Assembly: GCA_038254735.1 (NCBI GenBank)
Contig: JBBSFX010000009.1
Location: 12,831-76,830 of the forward strand
From: Solirubrobacterales bacterium
GTDB lineage: Bacteria; Actinomycetota; Thermoleophilia; Solirubrobacterales; Solirubrobacteraceae
Length of the DNA: 64,000 nucleotides
Reading direction: 5' to 3'
In this document: positions 38,407-47,114 of the stretch, one piece after another
Layout of the letters: each line of letters begins with the position of its first letter
Position numbering within the stretch: position 1 is the stretch's first letter
Translations under genes and position numbers: made by a program
Notes under the pieces: model-generated
Databases searched by the model: none
What the model saw: only the letters and a program-made list of their open reading frames with translations
What the model was told of the DNA's origin: nothing

Positions 38407-38910
38407 TCACCCGCCGAGTCGCCGGCGGATCCGCGCGAAAGTGCTCGTCAGCGCGTCGCTGGCGACGCCGGTGACGCGGGCCAGGGAGTTGGCGGCGGCG
38501 ACCTCGAGCTCGGGGCGCCGCGCCTGCCGGGCGATCACGACCAGGCGCTGATGATAGCCCCCGGCGATGCTGACCAGCCGACGATGCAGCACGGCGATGC
38601 CGAGGGGCGGGTGAATCGCCGCCAGCCCGACGGCGAGGCGATCGATGGCCCGCGCCAGCAGCCCGATCGTGTGCGACAGCGCCGCCGGGGTGCGGGGGCG
38701 CGCCGGAAGCGCCGCCTCGGCACGACCGAGCCGCGACTGCGCTGCGCTCAGCTGCTCGAGGTAGCGGGCGGCGACGTCGCGCCGGGGCCGCGGACCCGCG
38801 CCCGCCTGCCCGCCGTGCGCGAGCAGCGTCCGGCTACCCGCGCAGCCGGCCGCGAGGATCGCCACGGCGAGCAGCATCAGCGGCAGCGATCGGTGACGGG
38901 CGCTCGACAT
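38407..38910 (-). CDS. hypothetical lipoprotein
   Basis: LLAVAILAAGC lipobox followed by helical repeats. Confidence 0.6.
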   Translation of the reverse strand: MSSARHRSLPLMLLAVAILAAGCAGSRTLLAHGGQAGAGPRPRRDVAARYLEQLSAAQSRLGRAEAALPARPRTPAALSHTIGLLARAIDRLAVGLAAIHPPLGIAVLHRRLVSIAGGYHQRLVVIARQARRPELEVAAANSLARVTGVASDALTSTFARIRRRLGG

Positions 38911-39032
38911 CACGGCCGTTGTAGCGCATCGCGCCGGCGCGCTGGTCAACGTCCGGAGTGGCGGGCGGTCAGCCGGCGATGGCGCCGATCGGGACCGACT
39001 CGGCGGTGCGAAGCCTGGCGGTCAGTCGCGGG

Positions 39033-41765
39033 TCAGCCCGAGCGCGCGGCGCCGGGCGCCGGCAGCCGCTGGACGAGGCCGGCCGTGGGGGCGAACAGGT
39101 CCCCCGATTCCGCCACCCGCGCCAGCACCTGGTCGGTGTCGAAGGTGAGCAGCCCGGGGTCCCGCTGCTCGCGGCAGCGCTCGACCTCCTCCCAGCGCAG
39201 CGGCGTCGACACCGTCGGCCGCGAGCGAGCGCGCACCGAATACACGGTGACCGTCGTCTTGTGCCGGTCGTTCTGGCTCCAGTCGACGAGCACGCGACCG
39301 GGGCGCAGGGTCTTGGTCATCCGGGAGACGACGAGCTGCGGCAGCCGCTGCTCGAGCAGCTCGGCGATCTGGCGGGCGAACGGCTTGGTTGCCTGGTAGC
39401 TGCCCGCGTCGTTCAGCGGGAGGTACACCTGCATCCCCTTGGAGCCCGAGGTCTTGGCCCACGTCTCGAGCCCGAGCCGGGCGAACAGCCCGCACAGCAG
39501 CAGCGCCACCTCGCAGCACTCGACGAGGCCGGCCGGGGGGCCCGGGTCGAGATCGAAGGCGAGCATCGTCGGGCTCTCCGGCGCCGCAGCGAGCGCGAGC
39601 GACGTGTGGAGCTCGAGATCGGCCAGGTTGGCCAGCCAGATCAGCGTCGGGCGGTCCTGGGCGAGCGTGTAGCGGACGTCGCCGATCTGCGCCGTGTCGA
39701 CCCACTCGGGGCGGTGCGAGGGCGACTGCTTCTCGTAGAAGTACGGGTGATCGATGCCGTTCGGGTAGCGCTTGAGCGTCAGCGGGCGGTCACGCAGGTG
39801 CGGCAGCACGGCGGGCGCGACCCGGGCGTAGTAGGCGATCAGATCGCCCTTGGTGAACCCGGTCTCTGGAAATAGGACCTTGTCCCAGTTGCTCAGCTTC
39901 AGCCGCCGACCCTCGGTGGCGACGTTCAGATCGCCGCCGGGGAGCCGCTCGACCTCGTCGAACAGCGCTTCCGGGGTGGCCGGGGCGGTCCGAACGTCGG
40001 TGGCGCCTCGGGCCGGGTCCGCGGAGGGCGCGGCCGCGGGCGGCGGCGCCTCGCGCACGACCTCCACGGCCGGCTTGTCGGTGCGCAGGCCCTTGAACGA
40101 CGGCGCCCGCATCGCCCCGTCGGCGGTCCACTCGGTGAACTCGACCTCGGCCACCAGCTCGGGCGCCACGAACACCGCCTCGCGGGACAGCTTGGGCGCC
40201 CGCGCGAACGGGCACTCGGCGACTCGCAGCGGCGCCAGCCGCGCCGCCAGGTCGTCGAGCGTGTGCTCGGTGAAGCCGGTGCCGACGCGCCCGGCGTACA
40301 CGAGCTCGCCGGACTCGAAGTGGCCCATCAGCAGCGCCCCGATTCGCTCCTGGCGGCGCCCCTCGCCGGGCAGCCACCCGGCGATCACCAGCTCCTGGCG
40401 CTGGGTGTGCTTGATCTTCAGCCACGCGCCGTTGCGGCGCCCCGGCTCGTAGCGGGAGTTCAGGCGCTTGGCGACGATTCCCTCGAGCCCCTGGGCGCGG
40501 GTCGCCTCGAGCAGCCGCTCGCCGTCGCCGGCGTGGGCCGCGGGCACCCGCCACGCGGGGCCGCCGAGCTCCAGCGACTCGAGCCGGCGGCGGCGCTCGG
40601 CGTACTCGAGCTCCATCAGCGGGATGCCGTCGAGGTACAGCAGGTCGAAGATCGCATAGATGACCGGGGTGCCGGCGGCCCGGCGCCTGACCGCCGAGGC
40701 CGAGGTCACGTGCATGCGCTTCTGCAACAGGCCGAAGCTGGGGCGCCCGTCCGGGCCGAAGGCGACGATCTCGCCATCGAGCACCGCCTCTCGCATTCCC
40801 AGGTCGCCGAGCAGGCCGCGGAGCTCGGGGTAACCGTCGGTGATCTCGCGCAGGTTCCGGCTCTCCAGCCGCAGCCGCCCGGGCTTGACGTAGGCGAGCG
40901 CCCGGACCCCGTCCCACTTGACCTCGAACGACCACTGCTCGGCGGGCCGCGGGACCTGCGCCACCGGCGCGGCCCGGGCCAGCATCGGCGCCAAGCGCTC
41001 GGGCATCGGCCGCCGAGCTGGTTCCTCGGGCGGGTCCATCCGGTGGATCATCCAGTCGTCCTTGCCGTCCTTGCCGGCCTTGCCGGCCTTGCCGTCCCTG
41101 CCGGCCTTGCCGTCCCTGCCGTCCCTGCCGTCCCTGCCGTCCCTGCCGTCCCTGCCGTCCTTGCCGTCTTTGCCGGCCCTGCCGGCCTTGCCGGCCTTGC
41201 CGCCGATCGGGAACAGGCCGTAGCGGCCGTGCAGACGCTCGCCGTGGAAGGTCACCTCGACCTTGTCGGAGTCGAACTTGTGCGTCTCGTAGGTGCCGTG
41301 GTCCCAGATCCGCATCGTCCCGGCGCCATAGGAGCCCTTGGGGATCTCGCCCTCGAACTCGAGGTACTCGATCGGGTGGTCCTCGGTATGGACGGCGAGC
41401 CGGTTCTCGGAGCGGTCGGCCGGGATCCCGTTGGGGATCGCCCACGACACGGCGACGCCGTCGTGCTCGAGCCGCAGGTCCCAGTGCAGGCGGGTCGCGT
41501 GGTGCTCCTGGACGACGAACCGGGGGCGACTTCGTCGCCCTTGCGAGGTGGCCTGGCGGGGCCGGCTTCGCCGGCCTTGGGAGTTGGCCTGGCGGCCAAC
41601 ATCCCCGCCAACGTCGCGGGGCCCGCTTCGCGATCCTTCGGAGTTGGCCTGGCGGCCAACCTCCCGGGAGCCGCCGGCGCCGCTCGGGGCGCCGGCGCCG
41701 GCGGGCTCCGCGGTGGCGTCGAAATCGCGCTTGCGTCGGTAGGTGTCGAGCCTGTCGGCGGGCAT
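39033..41765 (-). CDS. ligD: multifunctional NHEJ protein LigD (phosphoesterase-ligase-polymerase)
   Basis: PE: VVQEHHATRLHWDLRLE; LIG: FEVKWDG, LDGE, GLEG, WLKIK, RAPSF; POL: KRYPNG, FDLDPG, KTSGSKG, DWSQN. Confidence 0.94.
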   Translation of the reverse strand: MPADRLDTYRRKRDFDATAEPAGAGAPSGAGGSREVGRQANSEGSRSGPRDVGGDVGRQANSQGRRSRPRQATSQGRRSRPRFVVQEHHATRLHWDLRLEHDGVAVSWAIPNGIPADRSENRLAVHTEDHPIEYLEFEGEIPKGSYGAGTMRIWDHGTYETHKFDSDKVEVTFHGERLHGRYGLFPIGGKAGKAGRAGKDGKDGRDGRDGRDGRDGRDGKAGRDGKAGKAGKDGKDDWMIHRMDPPEEPARRPMPERLAPMLARAAPVAQVPRPAEQWSFEVKWDGVRALAYVKPGRLRLESRNLREITDGYPELRGLLGDLGMREAVLDGEIVAFGPDGRPSFGLLQKRMHVTSASAVRRRAAGTPVIYAIFDLLYLDGIPLMELEYAERRRRLESLELGGPAWRVPAAHAGDGERLLEATRAQGLEGIVAKRLNSRYEPGRRNGAWLKIKHTQRQELVIAGWLPGEGRRQERIGALLMGHFESGELVYAGRVGTGFTEHTLDDLAARLAPLRVAECPFARAPKLSREAVFVAPELVAEVEFTEWTADGAMRAPSFKGLRTDKPAVEVVREAPPPAAAPSADPARGATDVRTAPATPEALFDEVERLPGGDLNVATEGRRLKLSNWDKVLFPETGFTKGDLIAYYARVAPAVLPHLRDRPLTLKRYPNGIDHPYFYEKQSPSHRPEWVDTAQIGDVRYTLAQDRPTLIWLANLADLELHTSLALAAAPESPTMLAFDLDPGPPAGLVECCEVALLLCGLFARLGLETWAKTSGSKGMQVYLPLNDAGSYQATKPFARQIAELLEQRLPQLVVSRMTKTLRPGRVLVDWSQNDRHKTTVTVYSVRARSRPTVSTPLRWEEVERCREQRDPGLLTFDTDQVLARVAESGDLFAPTAGLVQRLPAPGAARSG
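41058..41201. repeat. 9-bp VNTR encoding 16 G-[KR]-[AD] triplets inside LigD
   Basis: GKA GKA GRA GKD GKD GRD x5 GKA GRD GKA GKA GKD GKD. Confidence 0.95.
41522..41665. repeat. three composite palindromic units inserted in frame in ligD
   Basis: C-TTC-G triloop hairpins (41524-41540, 41560-41576) alternate with GTTGGCC-TGGC-GGCCAAC hairpins (41583-41600, 41643-41660); protein VGRQANS x2 and RQATS. Confidence 0.85.
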
Positions 41766-41774
41766 CCGCTCTGA

Positions 41775-41819
41775 GGCGTGGTGAGAAAGCGATCAGCTTG
41801 ATCGCTATCTCACCACGCC
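41775..41819. repeat. 45-bp near-perfect palindrome between divergent ligD and xth
   Basis: GGCGTGGTGAGA-A-AGCGATCA-GCT-TGATCGCT-A-TCTCACCACGCC. Confidence 0.9.
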
Positions 41820-41853
41820 CCTGCAGCCTACGCGGTTCCATACCCTGGACCCG

Positions 41854-42756
41854 GTGCGGATCGTGACCTGGAACGTCAACTCGCTGCGGGCCCGGCTCCC
41901 CCGCGTGCTGCAGTTCCTCGCCGAGCACCGGCCCGACGTCGCCTGCCTGCAGGAGACCAAGTGCGCCCCCGACACGTTCCCGCTCGACGCGCTGGCCGAC
42001 GCCGGCTACGACGCCGTCCACCACTCGGGCGGCCAGTGGGCGGGAGTGGCGCTGCTGGCCCGCGCCGGCCTCCGCCTCGAGGAGCCGCGGCTCCGGCTGC
42101 CGGGCGACCCGGCCACCGTGTCATCGGCCGGCGCCGATGCCGTTGGGGAATCACCCGAAGCGCGCATCACCAGCGAGGCGCGCTGGTGCGAGGCGACGGT
42201 CGCCGGGATCCGCTTCGCCAGCACCTACGTCCCCAACGGTCGCACCCTGGACAGCCCCGAGTATCCGCGCAAGCTCGCGTTCCTGACCGCGATCCGCGAC
42301 CACGCGGCCGCCCTCCCGCGTCCCGGGCAAGCTGGCCCCCCGCCCGCGGCCAACGACGCGGGCGACGCGGGCGACGCGGGCACCGGCGCGCAGCCGGCGA
42401 CGCCGTGGGTGATCGCCGGGGACTTCAACATCGCCCCCGCCGACGCCGACGTCTACGACCCGGCGGCGTTCATCGGCGGCACCCACGTCAGCGCGCCCGA
42501 GCGGGCCCGGCTGACCGCGATCCTCGACACCGGACTGGTCGACTGCTACCGCGCGCTGCACCCCGACACCCCGCAGTTCACCTGGTGGGACTACCGCGCG
42601 GGGCACTTCCACAAGGGCCTCGGGCTGCGGATCGACCTCGTGTTGGCCGCCGCCGAGCTGGCCCCGAGGCTGCGCCGGTGCGCGATCGAGCGCAACTACC
42701 GCAAGGGCCAGAAGCCCTCCGACCACGCGCCGCTGGTCGTCGAGCTCGACCGGTGA
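41854..42756 (+). CDS. xth: exodeoxyribonuclease III / AP endonuclease
   Basis: TWNVNS, LQETK, YVPNG, GDFN, TWWDYR, LRIDLV, SDHAP; two low-complexity inserts. Confidence 0.94.
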   Translation: MRIVTWNVNSLRARLPRVLQFLAEHRPDVACLQETKCAPDTFPLDALADAGYDAVHHSGGQWAGVALLARAGLRLEEPRLRLPGDPATVSSAGADAVGESPEARITSEARWCEATVAGIRFASTYVPNGRTLDSPEYPRKLAFLTAIRDHAAALPRPGQAGPPPAANDAGDAGDAGTGAQPATPWVIAGDFNIAPADADVYDPAAFIGGTHVSAPERARLTAILDTGLVDCYRALHPDTPQFTWWDYRAGHFHKGLGLRIDLVLAAAELAPRLRRCAIERNYRKGQKPSDHAPLVVELDR

Positions 42757-42810
42757 CCCCACCGCACCAGCTCTTCACGTTTTGTTAGGCGCAGGCGGCA
42801 TGATCCACCG

Positions 42811-43485
42811 ATGGCACGTGTGCTGGTCGTCGACGACGAGCCCGCCGTCAGGCGGGCGCTCGAGCGGGCGCTGAAGCTGGACAGCTACGACGTCGACCTC
42901 GCCGCCGACGGCGAGGAGGCGCTCGACGCGCTGGCCGCCACCCCGGCCGACGCGGTGATCCTCGACGTCGGAATGCCGCGGCTCGACGGGCTCGAGGTAT
43001 GCCGGCGGATGCGAGCGGCGGGGGACCGCACCCCGGTGCTGATGCTGACCGCGCGCGACGCGATCGACGACCGCGTCCGCGGCCTCGACGTCGGCGCCGA
43101 CGACTACCTGGTCAAGCCGTTCGCGCTGCGCGAGCTGCAGGCCCGGCTGCGGGCGCTGCTGCGCCGCTCGGGCGACGGCGCCGACGGCGAGGTGCTGCGC
43201 TACGCCGACCTGTGCCTCGACCCCATGGCCCACGAGGTGCGCCGTGGCGAGCGGCTGATCGAGCTCTCGAAGACCGAGTTCCTGCTGCTCGAGCTGTTCC
43301 TCCGCCACCCCCGCCAGGTGCTGACCCGCTCGACCATCTTCGAGAACGTGTGGGGCTACGACTTCGGACCGACCTCCAACGCGCTGGGCGTGTACATGGG
43401 CTACCTGCGCCGCAAGACCGAGGAGGGCGGGGAGCCGCGCCTGCTCCACACGGTCCGGGGCGTCGGCTACGTCCTCAAGGACTGA
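42811..43485 (+). CDS. OmpR-family response regulator (MprA-like)
   Basis: [37 protein letters not shown]. Confidence 0.93.
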   Translation: MARVLVVDDEPAVRRALERALKLDSYDVDLAADGEEALDALAATPADAVILDVGMPRLDGLEVCRRMRAAGDRTPVLMLTARDAIDDRVRGLDVGADDYLVKPFALRELQARLRALLRRSGDGADGEVLRYADLCLDPMAHEVRRGERLIELSKTEFLLLELFLRHPRQVLTRSTIFENVWGYDFGPTSNALGVYMGYLRRKTEEGGEPRLLHTVRGVGYVLKD

Positions 43486-43492
43486 GGTTCCG

Positions 43493-44920
43493 GTGCCGCT
43501 GCGCCGCCGGATCGGATTCGTGGCCGCCTGTGCGGTGGGGATCGCCGTGGTGCTCGCCGTGTGCGTGTGCTACTTCGTCGTCCGCGACCAGCTCCGCGGT
43601 CAGATCGACAGCTCGCTGCGGGCGCAGGCGGTGGCGGTCGAGCAGGCGGGTCTGCGCGCGATCGGCGGCGCGGTGGCGGCGATCCCGCCGAGCGCGGGCG
43701 GGCCGGCCCCGTACGCCCAACTGGTGGTCGGCAACCAGGTCGCGCCGCTGACCGACAACGGCGTCACGCTGCCGGTCACCGACGCCACCCGCGCCGTCCT
43801 CACCGGCGCCCACCGTACGTACCTGACCGACGTCAACGCGGGCGGCAGCCACCTGCGCGAGATCACCTTCGGCGGCGTCACGATCGCCGCCACCGGTCAG
43901 GCGGCGGCGATCCAGCTGGCCCGCCCGCTCGACGGCATCGACCGGATCCTCGCCCACCTGCGCCTGGTGCTGATCGGCGTGGTGCTGGGTGGGACGGCGC
44001 TGGCCGCCGTGCTCGGTCGCCTCGCCGCCCGGCGCGTGCTGGCGCCGCTGGCCGAGGTCACGCGGACGGCCGAGGTGATCGGCGAGACCGACGACCTCAG
44101 CCGCCGGATCGCGGTTCACGCCGACGACGAGGTCGGGCAGCTGGCGATCCGCTTCAACCAGATGCTCGAGCGGCTCGAGCGCTCGCGCTCCGAGCTTGAC
44201 ACCTCGGTCTCCGCCCAGCGTCAGCTGGTCGCCGACGCCTCGCACGAGCTGCGCACGCCGGTGACCAGCCTGCGCACCAACATCGAGGTCCTGCTCGCCT
44301 CCGAGCACCTCGATCGCGAGGACCGCCGCCAGCTGCTCGCCGACGTCGTCGAGCAGGGGGACGAGCTGACGGCTCTGGTCGGCGACCTGATCGAGCTGGC
44401 CCGTGGAGACCTCCCCGCCGGGGGGACCGAGGACGTGCGCGTAGACCGCGTGGTCGCCGAGGCGGTCGCCCGCTCGCGGCGCAACTCGCCTGAGATCGAG
44501 GTGCGCGCGGAGCTGCACCCGGTGGTCGTCGAGGGCGTCCCCGACCGCCTGCACCGGGTGATCAACAACCTGCTCGACAACGCGGCGCGACATTCGCCGC
44601 CGGGCGGGGTGGTCGAGGTGGTGCTGGACAGCGACGGCATCCGCGTCCGCGACCACGGCAGCGGGATCGACGAGCAGGACCTCCCGTACGTGTTCGACCG
44701 CTTCTACCGCGGCGCCAATGCGCGCGGCCGGCAGGGCAGCGGGCTCGGCCTGGCGATCGTCCGCCAGGTGGTCGAGCAGCACGGCGGCAGCGCGACCGCG
44801 GCCAACGCGCCGGGCGGCGGCGCCGAGTTCACGATCCGCCTGCCCACGGCGAGCCCGGCCGCGGACGCCCCGGCCGCCGTCGAGGAGCCGCCCGAGCGCG
44901 TCTCCTCGCCGCTGTTCTAG
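43493..44920 (+). CDS. HAMP sensor histidine kinase (MprB-like)
   Basis: 2 TM, HAMP, DASHELRTP, NLLDNA, DHGSGI, FDRFYR, GSGLGL. Confidence 0.93.
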   Translation: MPLRRRIGFVAACAVGIAVVLAVCVCYFVVRDQLRGQIDSSLRAQAVAVEQAGLRAIGGAVAAIPPSAGGPAPYAQLVVGNQVAPLTDNGVTLPVTDATRAVLTGAHRTYLTDVNAGGSHLREITFGGVTIAATGQAAAIQLARPLDGIDRILAHLRLVLIGVVLGGTALAAVLGRLAARRVLAPLAEVTRTAEVIGETDDLSRRIAVHADDEVGQLAIRFNQMLERLERSRSELDTSVSAQRQLVADASHELRTPVTSLRTNIEVLLASEHLDREDRRQLLADVVEQGDELTALVGDLIELARGDLPAGGTEDVRVDRVVAEAVARSRRNSPEIEVRAELHPVVVEGVPDRLHRVINNLLDNAARHSPPGGVVEVVLDSDGIRVRDHGSGIDEQDLPYVFDRFYRGANARGRQGSGLGLAIVRQVVEQHGGSATAANAPGGGAEFTIRLPTASPAADAPAAVEEPPERVSSPLF

Positions 44921-44974
44921 GCCGGCCGGCGACGCACCGCCACGGCCGCGGTCCAGAGTGCCTAGAGTTGAGCT

Positions 44975-45391
44975 ATGAGCGCACAGAAGCCGCTCGAGCT
45001 GATCCTGGCCAGGAACCTGCTATCGAGCCTTTCGACGCCCGCGTTCCTCGTCGGCGACCAGGGCGCGCTGCTCTACTACAACGGAGCCGCCGGGGCGATG
45101 CTGGGCCGCGGCTTCGACGAGACCGGCAACATGTCGGCAGCGGCGTGGACGAGCGAGTTCGGCCCGTTCGGCCCCGACGACACGCCGCTCCCCTACGACC
45201 AGATCCCGGCCACCATCGCCGTGCGGGAGAATCGGCCTTACCACGGAAGTTTCCGAATCCGGGCGCCCGGCGGCGGCCATCAGGATATTGTCGCCAGCGC
45301 GATCCCGATCGTCGGGCTCGGAGGCTTGAGCGGCGGTGCGATCGTGATCTTCTGGCCGGTAACGGACGAGCAGGGCGGAGAGCTAGCTTGA
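44975..45391 (+). CDS. stand-alone PAS-domain protein
   Basis: PAFLVGDQGALLYYNGAAGAMLG PAS start, C-terminal ASAIPI..AIVIFW strands; TAGAGT 6 nt before ATG. Confidence 0.75.
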   Translation: MSAQKPLELILARNLLSSLSTPAFLVGDQGALLYYNGAAGAMLGRGFDETGNMSAAAWTSEFGPFGPDDTPLPYDQIPATIAVRENRPYHGSFRIRAPGGGHQDIVASAIPIVGLGGLSGGAIVIFWPVTDEQGGELA

Positions 45392-46275
45392 AACTCAAGG
45401 TTTGGGGGGCGCGCGGATCGATCCCGGCGCCCGGTCCGGAGACGATGCACTACGGCGGCAACACGTCGTGCGTGGAGCTGACGCTGTCGGACGGGAGCAC
45501 GCTGATCCTCGACGCGGGCACCGGCATCCGCAACCTCGGGCTCTCGCTCCCGCGCCAGTCGCAGCAGATCAACATCCTGCTCACCCATCTCCACCTCGAC
45601 CACATCCAGGGGCTGATGTTCTTCGCCCCCGCGTTCTGGCCCGAATCCGAGATCACGATCTGGGGCCCCGCCTCGCCGGAGGCCTCGCTCCAGGACCGGG
45701 TCGCCCGCTACATCTCGGCGCCGCTGGCCCCCGTCGAGGTCCGCGAGCTGCCCTCCCAGGTCTCCTTTCGCGAGGCCGAGCCGGTGCAGTGGGAGATCGG
45801 CCCCGCCACCGTCAGCGCTCAGGCGGTCACCCACCGCGGCCCGACGCTCGGCTACCGGATCGAGGACCACGGCTCGACCGTGTGCTACATCCCCGACCAC
45901 GAGCCCGGACTCGGGGCGCCGATGGCCGAGCTCGAGGACGACTGGATCTCCGGCTTCGAGCTCGCCCACGACGCCGAGCTGCTGATCCACGACTGCCAGT
46001 ACACCGACGCCGAGTACGCCGGTCACCTCGGCTGGGGTCACTGCCCGATCTCCGACGCGCTGGCCTTCGCCCGGCGGGTGGCGGCGAAGCGGCTGCTGCT
46101 GTTCCACCACGACCCGCTGCACTCCGACGAGTTCCTGGACGAGGTCGCCGGCGAAGTGGCGACGCGGTGGGCGGAGCTCGGTGGGATGCCGCAGGCAATC
46201 GAGCTGGCCAGTGAGCGGATGGAGCTCGACGTCGCCGCGGCGATCGCCGAGCGCGCGGCAGCGCGCGCATCCTGA
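45388..46275 (+). CDS. metallo-beta-lactamase-fold hydrolase (putative phosphodiesterase)
   Basis: WGARGSIP, GGNTSC, DAGTG, THLHLDHIQG, DHE, HDCQY, GHC, FHHDP; TTGA overlap with PAS gene. Confidence 0.9.
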   Translation: MKLKVWGARGSIPAPGPETMHYGGNTSCVELTLSDGSTLILDAGTGIRNLGLSLPRQSQQINILLTHLHLDHIQGLMFFAPAFWPESEITIWGPASPEASLQDRVARYISAPLAPVEVRELPSQVSFREAEPVQWEIGPATVSAQAVTHRGPTLGYRIEDHGSTVCYIPDHEPGLGAPMAELEDDWISGFELAHDAELLIHDCQYTDAEYAGHLGWGHCPISDALAFARRVAAKRLLLFHHDPLHSDEFLDEVAGEVATRWAELGGMPQAIELASERMELDVAAAIAERAAARAS

Positions 46276-46277
46276 CG

Positions 46278-47114
46278 CTAGTCCCAGCGGTGGCGCCCGG
46301 CCCGCAGCGCGCGGAGCTCCGAGACCGCGAAGCCGACCTCGGCCGAGCCGACCGGGGCGCCGGCGTCGACCCCGCCGAGTAGGCGCACCTTCACCGGCGT
46401 CTCGCTGACGCCGCCGGCGCCGTCGGGGCTAACCCGCACGACCCGGGCGCCGGGCCGCGAGGCGACGCACTCGGCCAGCCGCGGGCCCGCGTAGAGCAGC
46501 GCGGCGCCGTCATCGGCGGCGTAGCCCGGGTCCAGCGCGCCGGCGGCGACGGCCGCGTGGTAAGCGGCAAGGCGCTCGGGCTCGCCGTCAAGATGCACGG
46601 ACAGGCTGCCCTCCAGCAGCCCGAGACCGCGGATCGCCTCGGGGGCGCCCCCGCTCATCGAGATCCCGCCCTGGAACCAGCACATCGCTCCGGCGCTCAG
46701 TCCGGCCAGGAGGATCCCGCGCTGCCAGGCGACCCGCATCGCCTCGTCGATCCCGTGCTCGCGCCAGATCGCCAGCATGTTGCGCATCGAGCCCCCGCCG
46801 ACATAGATCGCGTCCTGGGCAAGCAGATGCGCGACGGGATCGATCCGGTCGCGACCGAGGTGGAACAGCGAGACGATACTCGGCTCGCACGGCCAGTCCC
46901 CGAAGCGCTCGTAGAAGCGGGTGACCTGTTCGCGGGGGTCGCCGCTGGCCGTGGGCAGGAAGCAGACCCTGGGGATCGGCCGCTCCGTGAGCGCCAGCAC
47001 CAGGCGGTCGAGCGCCGGCGTCGGGTCGGGCATCGTGAAGCCGCCCCCGCCCATCGCCAGGATCCGCTGGCGATCCCCGCCCCTGTTTGGTGAGGCCAAC
47101 GTCAGTGGCACCAC
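46278..47114 (-). CDS. pepE: peptidase E (S51) paralog 2
   Basis: GGGGF, FLPTASGD, YVGGG, GLSAGA, SVH; start uncertain. Confidence 0.85.
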   Translation of the reverse strand: MVPLTLASPNRGGDRQRILAMGGGGFTMPDPTPALDRLVLALTERPIPRVCFLPTASGDPREQVTRFYERFGDWPCEPSIVSLFHLGRDRIDPVAHLLAQDAIYVGGGSMRNMLAIWREHGIDEAMRVAWQRGILLAGLSAGAMCWFQGGISMSGGAPEAIRGLGLLEGSLSVHLDGEPERLAAYHAAVAAGALDPGYAADDGAALLYAGPRLAECVASRPGARVVRVSPDGAGGVSETPVKVRLLGGVDAGAPVGSAEVGFAVSELRALRAGRHRWD

